From Cyanophyceae cyanobacterium (GTDB lineage: Bacteria; Cyanobacteriota; Cyanobacteriia; Cyanobacteriales; JBHJGN01), in assembly GCA_050331735.1 (NCBI GenBank), contig JBHJGN010000019.1, forward strand, positions 32,001 through 96,000: 64,000 bases of DNA, written 5' to 3'. The translations under genes and the position numbers were made by a program. Under the pieces are notes generated by a model. That model saw only the letters and a program-made list of their open reading frames with translations. It ran no database searches and had not been told where the DNA came from. Below, piece after piece: positions 8,279 through 18,165 of the stretch (the first letter of the stretch is position 1; each line of letters begins with the position of its first letter).

Positions 8279-11026
8279 ATGGTTTTCAAAATTCCTGCCA
8301 GTCATAGTTTGAACCGGGCTCTTGTCAACAAACTTCCTTTGCGTCTTGTGCTCGTGCTGCCCTTCGTTGTACAGACCTTTGCTGCTGTTGGATTAGTCGG
8401 ATATCTATCGTTCAAGAATGGGCAGAAAGCCGTGAGCAATTTAACAAGTCAGTTGCGGAGCGAAGTGACTGCCCGTATCGAGCAACATCTTGAAGCTTAC
8501 ATGGCAACGCCACTCTTGGTCAATGCCATCAATGCCAGTGCTATCGAACAGGGTCTTTTAGATTTAGAAGATCCAACCAGCCTAGAACAGTACTTCTGGC
8601 AGCAGAGTCAAATCTTCGATAACGTAGCCACGATTGCCTTCTCTAACGACCAAGGCGAGTTTTTTGGAGCCAATGGGCTCGATGAATACGTCGTCATCGC
8701 TGACGAAACTACGGAGCGAGCGATTAGTTGGTATGAAGTCGATGCTCAAGGCAAGCGGACCAATTTAGTCCTTGAAAAACCAGATTACGACGCTCGCCAA
8801 CGCTCTTGGTATCAAGCGGCGCTTGAAGCCGGAAAACCAACCTGGACAGAGGCAGTCGCGTCAGTGAGCGGTCGCAATATTGCTGTTACTGCTGTCTACC
8901 CAATCTATGAGGACACCTTCCGGGGAGTGCTTCTTTGCAAACATATCCTCATGTATATTGGAGATTTTCTCGACAGCTTGAAAATTGGTCAAACAGGACA
9001 GGCTTTTATCGTGGAACGCTCTGGAGAACTGATTTCTAGTTCAACAACTAGCGAGCCTTTTACGATTAGCAATGATGAGGCCCAAAGAATTTTCGCTCTT
9101 CAAAGCTACGATGCTGTCACTCAGGCAGCATCAGAACATTTGATTTCTCAGTTTGGCAGCTTCGAGCAAATTAACGAAACCCACCAGATTTCTTTTCGCT
9201 TAGAGGGTCAGCAACACCTGCTTCAGGTGACCCCGTTTACCGATGACTTTGGGTTAGATTGGCTGGTCGTAGTGGTAGTTCCCGAAGCGGATTTTATGGA
9301 GCAAATCAACGCCAATACCCGCACTACCATCACGCTATGTTTGGCTGCCCTATGTTTGGCGATTTTTCTGGGTCTTTATACCTCCCGCTGGATTGCACAA
9401 CCGATTCGGCAATTAGGCGCGGCTTCAGAAGCGATCGCTACAGGCAACCTCGATCAACAAGTGAGAATTCAAGGCACGAATGAACTGCAAGTGTTGGCAG
9501 TTTCTTTTAACCGCATGGCGCAGCAGTTGCGAGATTCCTTCACCGCTCTCCGCTCAATCAACGAAGAACTCGAACACCGCGTTGAGGAACGAACTGCCGA
9601 ACTCCGACATGCCAAAGAAGCGGCGGATGCTGCCAACCGAGCCAAAAGCGAATTTTTAGCCAACATGAGTCACGAGCTGCGTACTCCCTTCAACGGCATT
9701 CTCGGCTATGCTCAAATCCTCCAGAGTTCTCTGCCTATGAAAGCAAAAGAGCGCCAGGGAGTCAAAATTATTTATCAGTGCGGCTCTCATCTCCTTAACC
9801 TAATCAATGATATTTTGGATCTTTCTAAAATCGAGGCGCAAAGAATGGAGCTGTATCCCAGCCACCTCAATGCGCTCAACTTTCTCGAAGGAGTCAGCGA
9901 AATCTGCCGCATTCGGGCAGAGCAGCAGGGCATTGCTTTCGTTTATCAACCGGATGCGGAGCTGCCAACCGCCATTGTTGCCGATGAAAAACGCCTGCGG
10001 CAGGTGTTAATTAATCTGCTGGGCAATGCTATTAAGTTTACGGAGCAAGGCAGCGTCACCTTTAAAATTCGGCTTCTAAAACAGAATAATGATACCCAAG
10101 CCGAGTATCCTCTTGTCACCCTGCGCTTTGAAGTGGAAGATACCGGAGTTGGCATGACTTCTGCTCAGATAGAAAAGATCTTTTTGCCGTTTGAGCAGGT
10201 GGGAGACCCGCAAAAGCGTACTGAAGGAACCGGACTCGGATTAGCCATTAGCCTCAAAATTGTTTCGTTAATGAATAGCACTCTGGAAGTACAAAGTCAG
10301 CTCGGACGAGGAAGTAAATTCTGGTTCGACGTTGATCTACCGACAGCAGCGCCAGTCGCCTCTGTCGGTCAATCTCAGTTCGGAAAAATTATCGGACATG
10401 AGGGCAGGCAGCGGCAGATTTTGGTTGTGGATGACCACTGGGAAAACCGCTCGGTTCTGTTGAACTTGCTCGAACCGCTTGGGTTTAAGGTCATTGAAGC
10501 CAGTAGCGGGGAAGAGGGGCTAGAGCGGGCGATCGCCACACCTCCTGATGCGATTATTACCGATCTAGTGATGCCCAAGATGGGTGGGATTGAAATGATT
10601 CGGCAGATTCGCCGGGTTCCTCACCTACACAAGATCACGATTATCACCTCGTCGGCGAGCGTGTTCGATAGCGACCAGTACAGCAGTTTGGACGCTGGAG
10701 CCGATGAGTTTTTGCCAAAGCCAGTGTCGGCACAGAATTTACTGGAGATGTTACGAGTTCATCTCAAGCTTCAGTGGCTCTACGCAGAGGCGGCAGCGGA
10801 GCCAGCTAAGGCAGCTTCCCTAGGCCAAGCGCTCGTGCCTCCCAATGCTAACATCTTGAAGAAGTTACTCAATTTAGCAAAAAAAGGCGACCTAGACAGC
10901 ATCTTAGAAGAGACAGACCAGCTCAGCTCTGACGTTAAGCTCAAGCCTTTTGCTCAAGTGCTTTCTCAGTTTGCTGAAAATTGTCAAATCAAACAACTGC
11001 GGGAGTTTCTAGAAAACTATACCTAG
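8279..11026 (+). CDS. Membrane hybrid histidine kinase (Cache-like periplasmic, HAMP, HisKA, HATPase, REC)
   Basis: Two TM helices, [13 protein letters not shown]-box, DTGVG/GTGLGL boxes, C-terminal receiver (ILVVDD, TDLVMP); ATG at 8279 preferred over GTG 8237. Confidence 0.92.
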   Translation: MVFKIPASHSLNRALVNKLPLRLVLVLPFVVQTFAAVGLVGYLSFKNGQKAVSNLTSQLRSEVTARIEQHLEAYMATPLLVNAINASAIEQGLLDLEDPTSLEQYFWQQSQIFDNVATIAFSNDQGEFFGANGLDEYVVIADETTERAISWYEVDAQGKRTNLVLEKPDYDARQRSWYQAALEAGKPTWTEAVASVSGRNIAVTAVYPIYEDTFRGVLLCKHILMYIGDFLDSLKIGQTGQAFIVERSGELISSSTTSEPFTISNDEAQRIFALQSYDAVTQAASEHLISQFGSFEQINETHQISFRLEGQQHLLQVTPFTDDFGLDWLVVVVVPEADFMEQINANTRTTITLCLAALCLAIFLGLYTSRWIAQPIRQLGAASEAIATGNLDQQVRIQGTNELQVLAVSFNRMAQQLRDSFTALRSINEELEHRVEERTAELRHAKEAADAANRAKSEFLANMSHELRTPFNGILGYAQILQSSLPMKAKERQGVKIIYQCGSHLLNLINDILDLSKIEAQRMELYPSHLNALNFLEGVSEICRIRAEQQGIAFVYQPDAELPTAIVADEKRLRQVLINLLGNAIKFTEQGSVTFKIRLLKQNNDTQAEYPLVTLRFEVEDTGVGMTSAQIEKIFLPFEQVGDPQKRTEGTGLGLAISLKIVSLMNSTLEVQSQLGRGSKFWFDVDLPTAAPVASVGQSQFGKIIGHEGRQRQILVVDDHWENRSVLLNLLEPLGFKVIEASSGEEGLERAIATPPDAIITDLVMPKMGGIEMIRQIRRVPHLHKITIITSSASVFDSDQYSSLDAGADEFLPKPVSAQNLLEMLRVHLKLQWLYAEAAAEPAKAASLGQALVPPNANILKKLLNLAKKGDLDSILEETDQLSSDVKLKPFAQVLSQFAENCQIKQLREFLENYT

Positions 11027-11133
11027 CAGTTCTCAGTGGGATGAGGGACGGTTTGACAATTTAATTTTTGCTGATTGTTCCTTGCGGTGTCTCTACAAGA
11101 TCTATCATCTGCTAAACAACTCGCTACCCTGCT

Positions 11134-11538
11134 TTATGGATCAATGCGAATCTCTATGCTTCCGGGAGTTGCGTAGCGAACGTATCTTTTGCGGGTATAC
11201 CGCCGCTGACGCGAGGGAGTGATAAATACTGGATTAATCAGGACTGAATCGCGGATTTGAGAGTTGATAACCGTTGGATTAACCAGAGTGGAGTGACGAA
11301 TCGTGCTGCCGTATCTTCTCGCTGGGGAATAGATGTCGGACCCAAAGCGAGAGTCGTAGGAGCGCAGGACTTGTCTAGACCGAAGCGGCCTGTGGGTAAT
11401 CCTGGGGCCTTGGTAAGGAACGGGACCGCGATAGAAGCTGCTGCCATAGATAGGTCGGGCTTCAACCGATGGCGCGACAACAGCGAAACCAACGGTGAGT
11501 GAGGCAACAACCCCGCGCCAAAGTAGCTGGTTGTACAT
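11134..11538 (-). CDS. Hypothetical secreted basic protein
   Basis: Signal-peptide-like N-terminus ending VEA; repeated STLVNP/SVLINP motif. Confidence 0.65.
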   Translation of the reverse strand: MYNQLLWRGVVASLTVGFAVVAPSVEARPIYGSSFYRGPVPYQGPRITHRPLRSRQVLRSYDSRFGSDIYSPARRYGSTIRHSTLVNPTVINSQIRDSVLINPVFITPSRQRRYTRKRYVRYATPGSIEIRIDP

Positions 11539-11580
11539 TGTTTGCTAATGATAAAATCTATATGCACTCTAGCGATTATT

Positions 11581-12090
11581 GTGACGATCCAGCAAGAATT
11601 CCACCAGCTATACCGAGCAGGAAAACAGGCTTTAGAACGAGGTCAGTATCGCCAGAGCGTCGAGCAGCTTCAGGCCGCCAGCAAGCTTGTCGCTCCCGCT
11701 TCTCGCCTAGGGGGAGAAGTCAATATTTGGCTAGTTTCAGCCTATCAGGCCTTGGGACAACCACAAGCGGCGATCGCTCTTTGTCAGAAGCTATCGGCTC
11801 ATCCGTCTCCAGAAGTTCGTAAGCAAAGCCAGCGCTTGCTCTATATTATTCAAGCCCCTCAGCTCAATCGACCGAAGGAGTGGATGTCTGAAATTCCCGA
11901 CCTCAGCGCCCTCGAAGAAAGCCAGCCCCAAGACAGGCGCGGTAGCAATACCGTCCGGCGAAAGACGACGGCCACTTTAGAAGAAACTTCCCTCGACCTC
12001 AGCCAGAGAGAAACCAACGACAATCAGTTTATCTGGGTGGCTCTCCTCATTTTACTTTTGGGGTTAGGAGGATTTGTTTGGCTTAGTTAA
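11581..12090 (+). CDS. TPR-like protein with C-terminal membrane anchor
   Basis: YRAGKQALERGQYRQSV helical repeat, C-terminal hydrophobic segment; start uncertain (11542 or GTG 11581). Confidence 0.75.
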   Translation: MTIQQEFHQLYRAGKQALERGQYRQSVEQLQAASKLVAPASRLGGEVNIWLVSAYQALGQPQAAIALCQKLSAHPSPEVRKQSQRLLYIIQAPQLNRPKEWMSEIPDLSALEESQPQDRRGSNTVRRKTTATLEETSLDLSQRETNDNQFIWVALLILLLGLGGFVWLS

Positions 12091-12325
12091 TATCCGGTGC
12101 GGGACGGGGAAATAGTCCCTCCGGGACGGGAAAAGGGAAAACTGTTCCTTCTCCTTCGGAGACGCTAACGCGAACGGAACGGGGAAAGGGAAAACTGTCC
12201 CTTCGGAACGGGCAATGACTACAGAACTAAGGCACAAACTTAATTACTCCCCTTTGCCCCTTCCCCGTTGCGGAGCAACTATTTCCCCTTTTCCCGCCGC
12301 GACAGCGGCTTCCCTTACCCCCATT
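12091..12325. repeat. Modular heptamer/micro-hairpin dispersed repeat with nested insert
   Basis: Same modules as 5111-5330 and 7211-7420; 24-nt extra unit at 12150-12173. Confidence 0.78.
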
Positions 12326-12355
12326 CTTTTAATCTGAATCTTCAGCTACGGAATG

Positions 12356-12847
12356 TTATGGGCAATAAAGCGTGTCCCGTGTTTTTCGTCCCGTCGTCGG
12401 ATTTATCCCGGTGGCAATTTTACAGAGCGCTGCTTCAGTATCTCGACGCAGCAGCACGTCTGTAAAGTCAGCTCCGTCTATCGTTGCTCCTTCAAACTTA
12501 GCACTCGTGGCGAAGGCTCCTTCGAGGACGGCATTGGTTAGGTTGGCACGAGTCAACCGAGCTGAGTCGAGAATGGCATAGCTTAGGTTGGCTCCTGACA
12601 GATTAGTGGATTCTAGATTAGCGGCAAAAAACCGTACTCCCTGAAGGTTAGCATTACTGAAGTTGCTATCTCGCAGATTGGCTTTATCGAAGCTAGAATC
12701 TGTCAAATTCTGTCCGGAGAAATCTTGGCCAATAAGAATGCGTTTATCGTAGTCAATGGCCCATGCTGGGGTAGCTAACCAACAAACGGCAAGGCTAATA
12801 ACTAAGCTCCACGTCATCCATCGGCTCTTAAGTTTCCTAAAGGTCAT
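12356..12847 (-). CDS. Pentapeptide repeat protein (exported)
   Basis: Signal peptide then A(N/D)L.. pentapeptide repeats; C-terminal C...G.NP.TG..TR..L.C. Confidence 0.92.
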   Translation of the reverse strand: MTFRKLKSRWMTWSLVISLAVCWLATPAWAIDYDKRILIGQDFSGQNLTDSSFDKANLRDSNFSNANLQGVRFFAANLESTNLSGANLSYAILDSARLTRANLTNAVLEGAFATSAKFEGATIDGADFTDVLLRRDTEAALCKIATGINPTTGRKTRDTLYCP

Positions 12848-12952
12848 GGTTCACAAGCGATCGCACAACGGTTTATCTGTGACAGGTCTGCGGCTAGCTG
12901 TTACACTAGCCGTTATCTGCAATCTTACCAGGATCGAGTCTTAAGCTTTGAA

Positions 12953-13384
12953 ATGATCGGAGAAGTTGGAGAGCAGCTAGTGGCGCAGTGGCTTAAGGCT
13001 CAGGGATGGATGATTTTACAACGTCGTTGGCGCTGTCGCTGGGGAGAAATCGATCTCATTGCTCAAAAGGCTACCCAAATTGCCTTTGTTGAGGTGAAAA
13101 CTCGCAAGGCTCAAAATTTAGATGCTGACGGTCTTTTGGCTATTACTCCTCATAAGCAAGCGAAATTGCAGCGCACCGCCGCCCTATTCTTGGCCAAACA
13201 TGCTCGTTTAGCAGAGTTCTCCTGTCGGTTTGATGTCGCTTTGGTCACTTACCAACGGCTGCCGTTGCGCCAGCGGTCATCGGCAGCAAACACCACTCCA
13301 CCTAAAGCAATGTCGTGGCAGGATCGCCAGCTTACTCTCCAAAGCTATATAGAATCAGCCTTTGACGGAGAGGGTATTTCTTAA
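12953..13384 (+). CDS. YraN (UPF0102) family endonuclease-like protein
   Basis: GEIDLIA, FVEVKTR, RFDVA motifs. Confidence 0.9.
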   Translation: MIGEVGEQLVAQWLKAQGWMILQRRWRCRWGEIDLIAQKATQIAFVEVKTRKAQNLDADGLLAITPHKQAKLQRTAALFLAKHARLAEFSCRFDVALVTYQRLPLRQRSSAANTTPPKAMSWQDRQLTLQSYIESAFDGEGIS

Positions 13385-13919
13385 GGGAGATGCGATGAAC
13401 CTTCCATTATGATATCAATTCTTTACGATACGATTACTCTGTTTTAGCATCAAAAACTCAATGCTCAACTATTTTTTCAATTCCCATCCCAGATCCAATC
13501 CTGAGCAAAACTCATAATCCTTCCGTGATAGAGACAGTCCATTGCAGAACTGATATTATCGTTCATTGAGCGGTTGTTGCCAATTCCGCTTAGCTCAATA
13601 CGGCGTTGAGATCGTACCGCTGGGGTTTAATGTTATGCCTAACATCACCGATCTGATTTTAAAAGTCTTTTACACAGCCACTGTTAAACTTTGTGCTCTT
13701 TGAAGATAAAACCTACGTTAATTTGTTTTTTGTCGATTTTGGTGGCTTGGAGAGCGGTTTTAATCTTTATTATTTCTATGCAATTTTAACGAATGGTTCT
13801 TGATTAATGTTGTGTTATTGTATTGTTTGCCAAATTAAGATGAGCCAGTTCAGGACTAAAACGGGCGAAGCTAATTTCTGGAACGGGCAGGAATCAGATT
13901 GAATTGATGTGCCGACTCT

Positions 13920-14186
13920 ATGAGTAAACTGTTGTTGAAGCTTTATGTCACTGGACAATCAAGCCGTTCTGGACAGGCAATTTCTAACCTTCATCGCATT
14001 TGTGAAGAAGAATTTCCGGATCAATACGAAATTATTGTTATTGACGTTCTTAAAGAACCTCAACTAGCAGAGGAAGACAAAGTTTTAGTGACTCCAACCT
14101 TAATTAAACAGCTTCCGCCACCATTAAAGCGACTAATTGGCGACCTGTCCGACAAGCAGAAGGTTTTGCTGGGTCTGAACATTTAA
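13920..14186 (+). CDS. kaiB: KaiB family protein (short, no acidic tail)
   Basis: LKLYVTG, IDVLKEPQLAEEDK..TPTL.K.LPPP..R.IGDLSD..KVL.GL KaiB signature. Confidence 0.93.
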   Translation: MSKLLLKLYVTGQSSRSGQAISNLHRICEEEFPDQYEIIVIDVLKEPQLAEEDKVLVTPTLIKQLPPPLKRLIGDLSDKQKVLLGLNI

Positions 14187-14232
14187 TCTCCCCTTACTGT
14201 CGATTTTTCTCTCCAAGCTCCATCATTGAAAT

Positions 14233-15765
14233 ATGAACGTCAATAGGAATCCGCCCCAAAAATACACCGTTGAAAAGCTGCAAACGGGTATTCCCGGTTT
14301 TGATACCGTTGCTGATGGCGGCTTACCTAGTCATAGCGCGACTCTAGTGGCCGGAACAACAGGCAGTGCTAAGACAGTTCTGGCCTGTCAGTATCTCGCT
14401 GCCGGCATTACGCAGTTCGATCAGCCCGGGGTATTAGTAACGTTTGAAGAAGCTCCTCGGCAGATTTGCCACTATATGAGTGGCTTCGGCTGGACTATTC
14501 AACAATGGGAAGCCCAAGGAAAATGGTCTTTTGTCGATGCCTCTCCAGAGGCGGGAGAGAAGCCAGTCGTGACAGGAGAGTACGAACTCGCTCCAATACT
14601 GGCTAGAATTGAACATGCGATTAACAAGGTTGGGGCTAAACGTCTTGCTGTTGATGCTCTTGGCGCTATTTTTTCCTACTTTAGCGATCCTGCTCAGATT
14701 CGGAGCGAGATGTATCGGATTGCCTCTACCGTCAAAGAATTAGGAGTAACAACTCTGATTACTGCCGAACGGAGTCATGAATATGGTAACGTGAGCCGCT
14801 ACGGAATGGAAGAGTTCGTCGCTGATAACGTGATTATTCTCCGAAACATTTTAGAGGAAGAGAAACGGCGGCGATCGCTAGAAATTCTCAAATTCAGAGG
14901 CTCTAACCATCAAAAAGGAGAATTTCCGTTCTCTGTCCTCGCTGGCTCTGGAATTGAGGTGGTGCCGCTCTCAACTTTAGAATACGAACAAGAATCCACC
15001 GCCATGCGCATTCCTTCAGGAATTGAGGAATTGGACAATATGTGCGGCGGCGGTTTTTTCCGAGATTCCGTCGTTTTAGTATCAGGAGCAACCGGAACCG
15101 GAAAAACGCTAATTGTCACTCAGTTTTTGAATGGCGGTATTGAACATCAGGAGCGCTGTTTACTATTTGCTTTTGAAGAAAGACGAGAACAGCTTTATCG
15201 CAACGCCAGGGGATGGGGCGTAGATTTTGCCGCCGCTGAAACAGCCAACCGATTAAAAATTGTCTGTCGCTCTCCTGAAGCAACGGGCCTAGAAGAACAT
15301 CTCATTGTCATTAAAGATATCATCAATCGCTATCAGCCCAATCGCGTCGCCATCGATAGCCTCTCTGCCCTAGAGCGAACGGCCCCAGAACGGGCGTTTC
15401 GGCAATTTATCATTAGCATTACGGCTTTTGTCAAATCTAAAAAAATGACTGGTATTTTCACCTCTAATACTTCGAGTCTGCTTGGCGGTTCCTCAGTAAC
15501 AGATGCTCATATTTCCACCATTACAGATTCTATTATTCTGCTGCGCTACGTTGAAGTTTTTGGGGGAATGCGTCGGGGAATTGTGGTGTTGAAAATGCGC
15601 GGCTCCGACCACGACAAGGATATTCGGGAGTTTCAGATTGTTAACAAGCAAGGAATGAAAATTGGTCATCCATTTCAGCAGATTGCGGGAATTTTGACCG
15701 GTAACTTTACCTACATTACGGCGAGTGAAGAGGCGCGTCTCAATCAGATGTTTAGCTCGGACTGA
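14233..15765 (+). CDS. kaiC: Double-domain KaiC family ATPase/autokinase (non-canonical paralogue)
   Basis: Two RecA-like domains (AGTTGSAKT; SGATGTGKT), FEE in both, HISTITDS phosphosite motif, KMRGS.HDK.IREF. Confidence 0.95.
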   Translation: MNVNRNPPQKYTVEKLQTGIPGFDTVADGGLPSHSATLVAGTTGSAKTVLACQYLAAGITQFDQPGVLVTFEEAPRQICHYMSGFGWTIQQWEAQGKWSFVDASPEAGEKPVVTGEYELAPILARIEHAINKVGAKRLAVDALGAIFSYFSDPAQIRSEMYRIASTVKELGVTTLITAERSHEYGNVSRYGMEEFVADNVIILRNILEEEKRRRSLEILKFRGSNHQKGEFPFSVLAGSGIEVVPLSTLEYEQESTAMRIPSGIEELDNMCGGGFFRDSVVLVSGATGTGKTLIVTQFLNGGIEHQERCLLFAFEERREQLYRNARGWGVDFAAAETANRLKIVCRSPEATGLEEHLIVIKDIINRYQPNRVAIDSLSALERTAPERAFRQFIISITAFVKSKKMTGIFTSNTSSLLGGSSVTDAHISTITDSIILLRYVEVFGGMRRGIVVLKMRGSDHDKDIREFQIVNKQGMKIGHPFQQIAGILTGNFTYITASEEARLNQMFSSD

Positions 15766-15778
15766 GTAATGGGAATCG

Positions 15779-18127
15779 ATGCAGACGACTAAAATTCTGT
15801 TGATTGAAGACGACCGAGAAGATGTCGAACTTGTTGCAGAGCTGTTGCAGGAGCTGCCGCAGGCGCGAATTCAGCTTGAGAGTTCTAGGTCTCTGGCTCA
15901 AGGACTTGAGCGATTGGCAAAAGGGCAAATCGATGTCGTTTTTTTGGATTTATCGCTACCGGATGCTCAGGGACTGGGGATCTGCCGCCAGGTGCAGGCT
16001 CAAGAGCCGCACCTGCCCATAATTATCCTCAGCGGGCTAGACGATGAAGAGGTGGCGATCGCCGCTCTCCAGGAAGGCGCTCAGGATTATTTAGTCAAAG
16101 GAAAATTTGACAGCTATTCATTTGTCAAAGCGATTCGCTACAGCATTGAGCGCAAGCGCCTTCAGCTCGCTATGAAGCAGCAAAACGCTGCCGTTAAAAC
16201 TAGCGAGGAGCAGTTTCGCTCTTTAATCAACCGCAATGCTGATGCGATGCTGGTGGTCAATTCTCAAGGAGTGATTCAGTTTGCCAATCCAGCCGTCGCA
16301 GAGCTGTTTGACCGTCGAACCCAAAATTTGATCGGCAGAGAGTTTGGGTTTCCCCTAGTGACTGGGGAAAGCACTGAAATAGATATTGTGCGCCAGACAG
16401 AAGTGATTACGGCAGAAATGCGGCTTGCTGAAATCACCTGGGAGGGAGAGTCGGCCTATCTGGCCTCGCTCCGGGACATCACCTGGCGCAAGCAAGCAGA
16501 AACAACGCTCAAGCGGCTGAACGATAATTTAGAAACTCAAGTTTCGGAACGAACCGTCGCTCTCAAACAAACTAACAAGCAGTTGTTAACTGAAATCACC
16601 GAACGCCAGCGCTCTGAAGCATTACTGCGAACTGTGGTTACCGGAGCTCCAATTATTCTCTGGTCTGTTAACCGGGAAGGCACGATTACTTTAGCCGAAG
16701 GCAAAGGATTAGCGGCACTGGCTCTGAAGCCGGAAGCCATTGTGGGACGCTCGATTTTTGAATTTTCCCGTCTCTATCCAGAAATGAGCGAAAAACACCG
16801 TCGGGTTCTGGCTGGTGCCGAAACTCAGTGGCGTGTCGAAATCAATCAGCTAGTCTACGAGTGTCGGGCCACACCGATCGCTCGCCAGGGAACTGTCGTT
16901 GGTTTGATTGGAGTAGCGACAGATATCACCGAGCGTGTTTTAGCTGAAACTCAGCGCGATAAGCTGTTGGAGAGTGAAAGGACAGCTCGGGAAGAAGCAG
17001 AGCAGGCCAACCGCCTTAAAGACGAATTTCTAGCGGTGCTTTCCCACGAACTGAGAACGCCGCTGAATCCGATTGTCGGCTGGACGAGTCTCCTCCGCAA
17101 AGGAAACGTTAGCGCTGAACAAACCGAACGCGCTCTCGAAACAATTGAGCGCAACGCTCAGCTACAGACTCAACTCATAGACGATCTGCTCGATATCAGC
17201 CGGATTTTGCGAGGCAAGCTTCAGCTTCAGAGCCTGCCTCTAAAGCTGCCCCCAATTATTGAAGCGGCGATCGAGACGGTTCGCCTAGCAGCGCAGGCTA
17301 AATCAATTCAGATTGTCACTAATTATCAGAGTCGCGAAGAGACGATTTTAGGAGATCCAGACCGTTTGCAGCAGGTGGTGTGGAACCTCTTAACAAATGC
17401 GGTTAAATTTACCCCTGCTGGCGGTCAAATTACCGTTCAGCTTTTCAAACGCGACTCCCGCATGACGCTACAGGTTGTCGATACGGGCAACGGCATCGAC
17501 CAACAGTTTATTCCCTACCTGTTTGATAAATTTCGCCAAGAGAACAGTAGTACCACCCGAACTTTCGGAGGCTTAGGGTTAGGGTTAGCGATTGTCAGAC
17601 ATCTAGTCGAGCTGCATGGAGGAACCGTCTCAGCTCAGAGCTTGGGTAAAGGCCAAGGCTCAACATTTACAGTCAATCTCCCCCGGATTCAACAACCGTT
17701 AGCCCCTAAAAAGCCCCCCAGTCTCCAGACTGACGGGCTCAGTTTGGAGGGAGTCCGCCTGCTAGTCGTGGATGACGAAGCAGATAGTTTAGAGATTACC
17801 ACTCTCTGGCTGGAACAACACGGTGCTCAGGTAACGGCTGTAACAAAAGCGCAGGAAGCCTTGACATCCTTTGACGCTGAACAGCCGGACGTACTCATTA
17901 GCGATATTGGCATGCCTGAAATCGACGGTAACGAGTTAATACAAACCATCCGGAGAAAATCGCTAGCAGCCGGAGGCAATATTAAGGCGATCGCCCTAAC
18001 TGCTTACGCAACGGAAGCCGATAAGCGAAAAATCCTCGCCGCTGGGTTTGATTGTCATCTGTCGAAGCCCATTAAACCGTCGCAGCTTATTACTCAGGTC
18101 GCTATGCTGGTGCGTAGATTTAGCTAG
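15779..18127 (+). CDS. Cytoplasmic hybrid histidine kinase REC-PAS-PAS-HisKA-HATPase-REC
   Basis: N-terminal receiver (LLIEDD, LDLSLPD), PAS ends (RDITWRK, TDITER), FLAVLSHELRTPL, GGLGLGL, C-terminal receiver; 13 nt after kaiC. Confidence 0.92.
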   Translation: MQTTKILLIEDDREDVELVAELLQELPQARIQLESSRSLAQGLERLAKGQIDVVFLDLSLPDAQGLGICRQVQAQEPHLPIIILSGLDDEEVAIAALQEGAQDYLVKGKFDSYSFVKAIRYSIERKRLQLAMKQQNAAVKTSEEQFRSLINRNADAMLVVNSQGVIQFANPAVAELFDRRTQNLIGREFGFPLVTGESTEIDIVRQTEVITAEMRLAEITWEGESAYLASLRDITWRKQAETTLKRLNDNLETQVSERTVALKQTNKQLLTEITERQRSEALLRTVVTGAPIILWSVNREGTITLAEGKGLAALALKPEAIVGRSIFEFSRLYPEMSEKHRRVLAGAETQWRVEINQLVYECRATPIARQGTVVGLIGVATDITERVLAETQRDKLLESERTAREEAEQANRLKDEFLAVLSHELRTPLNPIVGWTSLLRKGNVSAEQTERALETIERNAQLQTQLIDDLLDISRILRGKLQLQSLPLKLPPIIEAAIETVRLAAQAKSIQIVTNYQSREETILGDPDRLQQVVWNLLTNAVKFTPAGGQITVQLFKRDSRMTLQVVDTGNGIDQQFIPYLFDKFRQENSSTTRTFGGLGLGLAIVRHLVELHGGTVSAQSLGKGQGSTFTVNLPRIQQPLAPKKPPSLQTDGLSLEGVRLLVVDDEADSLEITTLWLEQHGAQVTAVTKAQEALTSFDAEQPDVLISDIGMPEIDGNELIQTIRRKSLAAGGNIKAIALTAYATEADKRKILAAGFDCHLSKPIKPSQLITQVAMLVRRFS

Positions 18128-18165
18128 GAGAGGCTCCTCTCGGTGACGAGTCAAATACGTCTCGG

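Noticed and set aside
13385..13919. Hidden kaiA upstream of kaiB
   Set aside because: No ORF of adequate length on either strand; AT-rich promoter-like DNA
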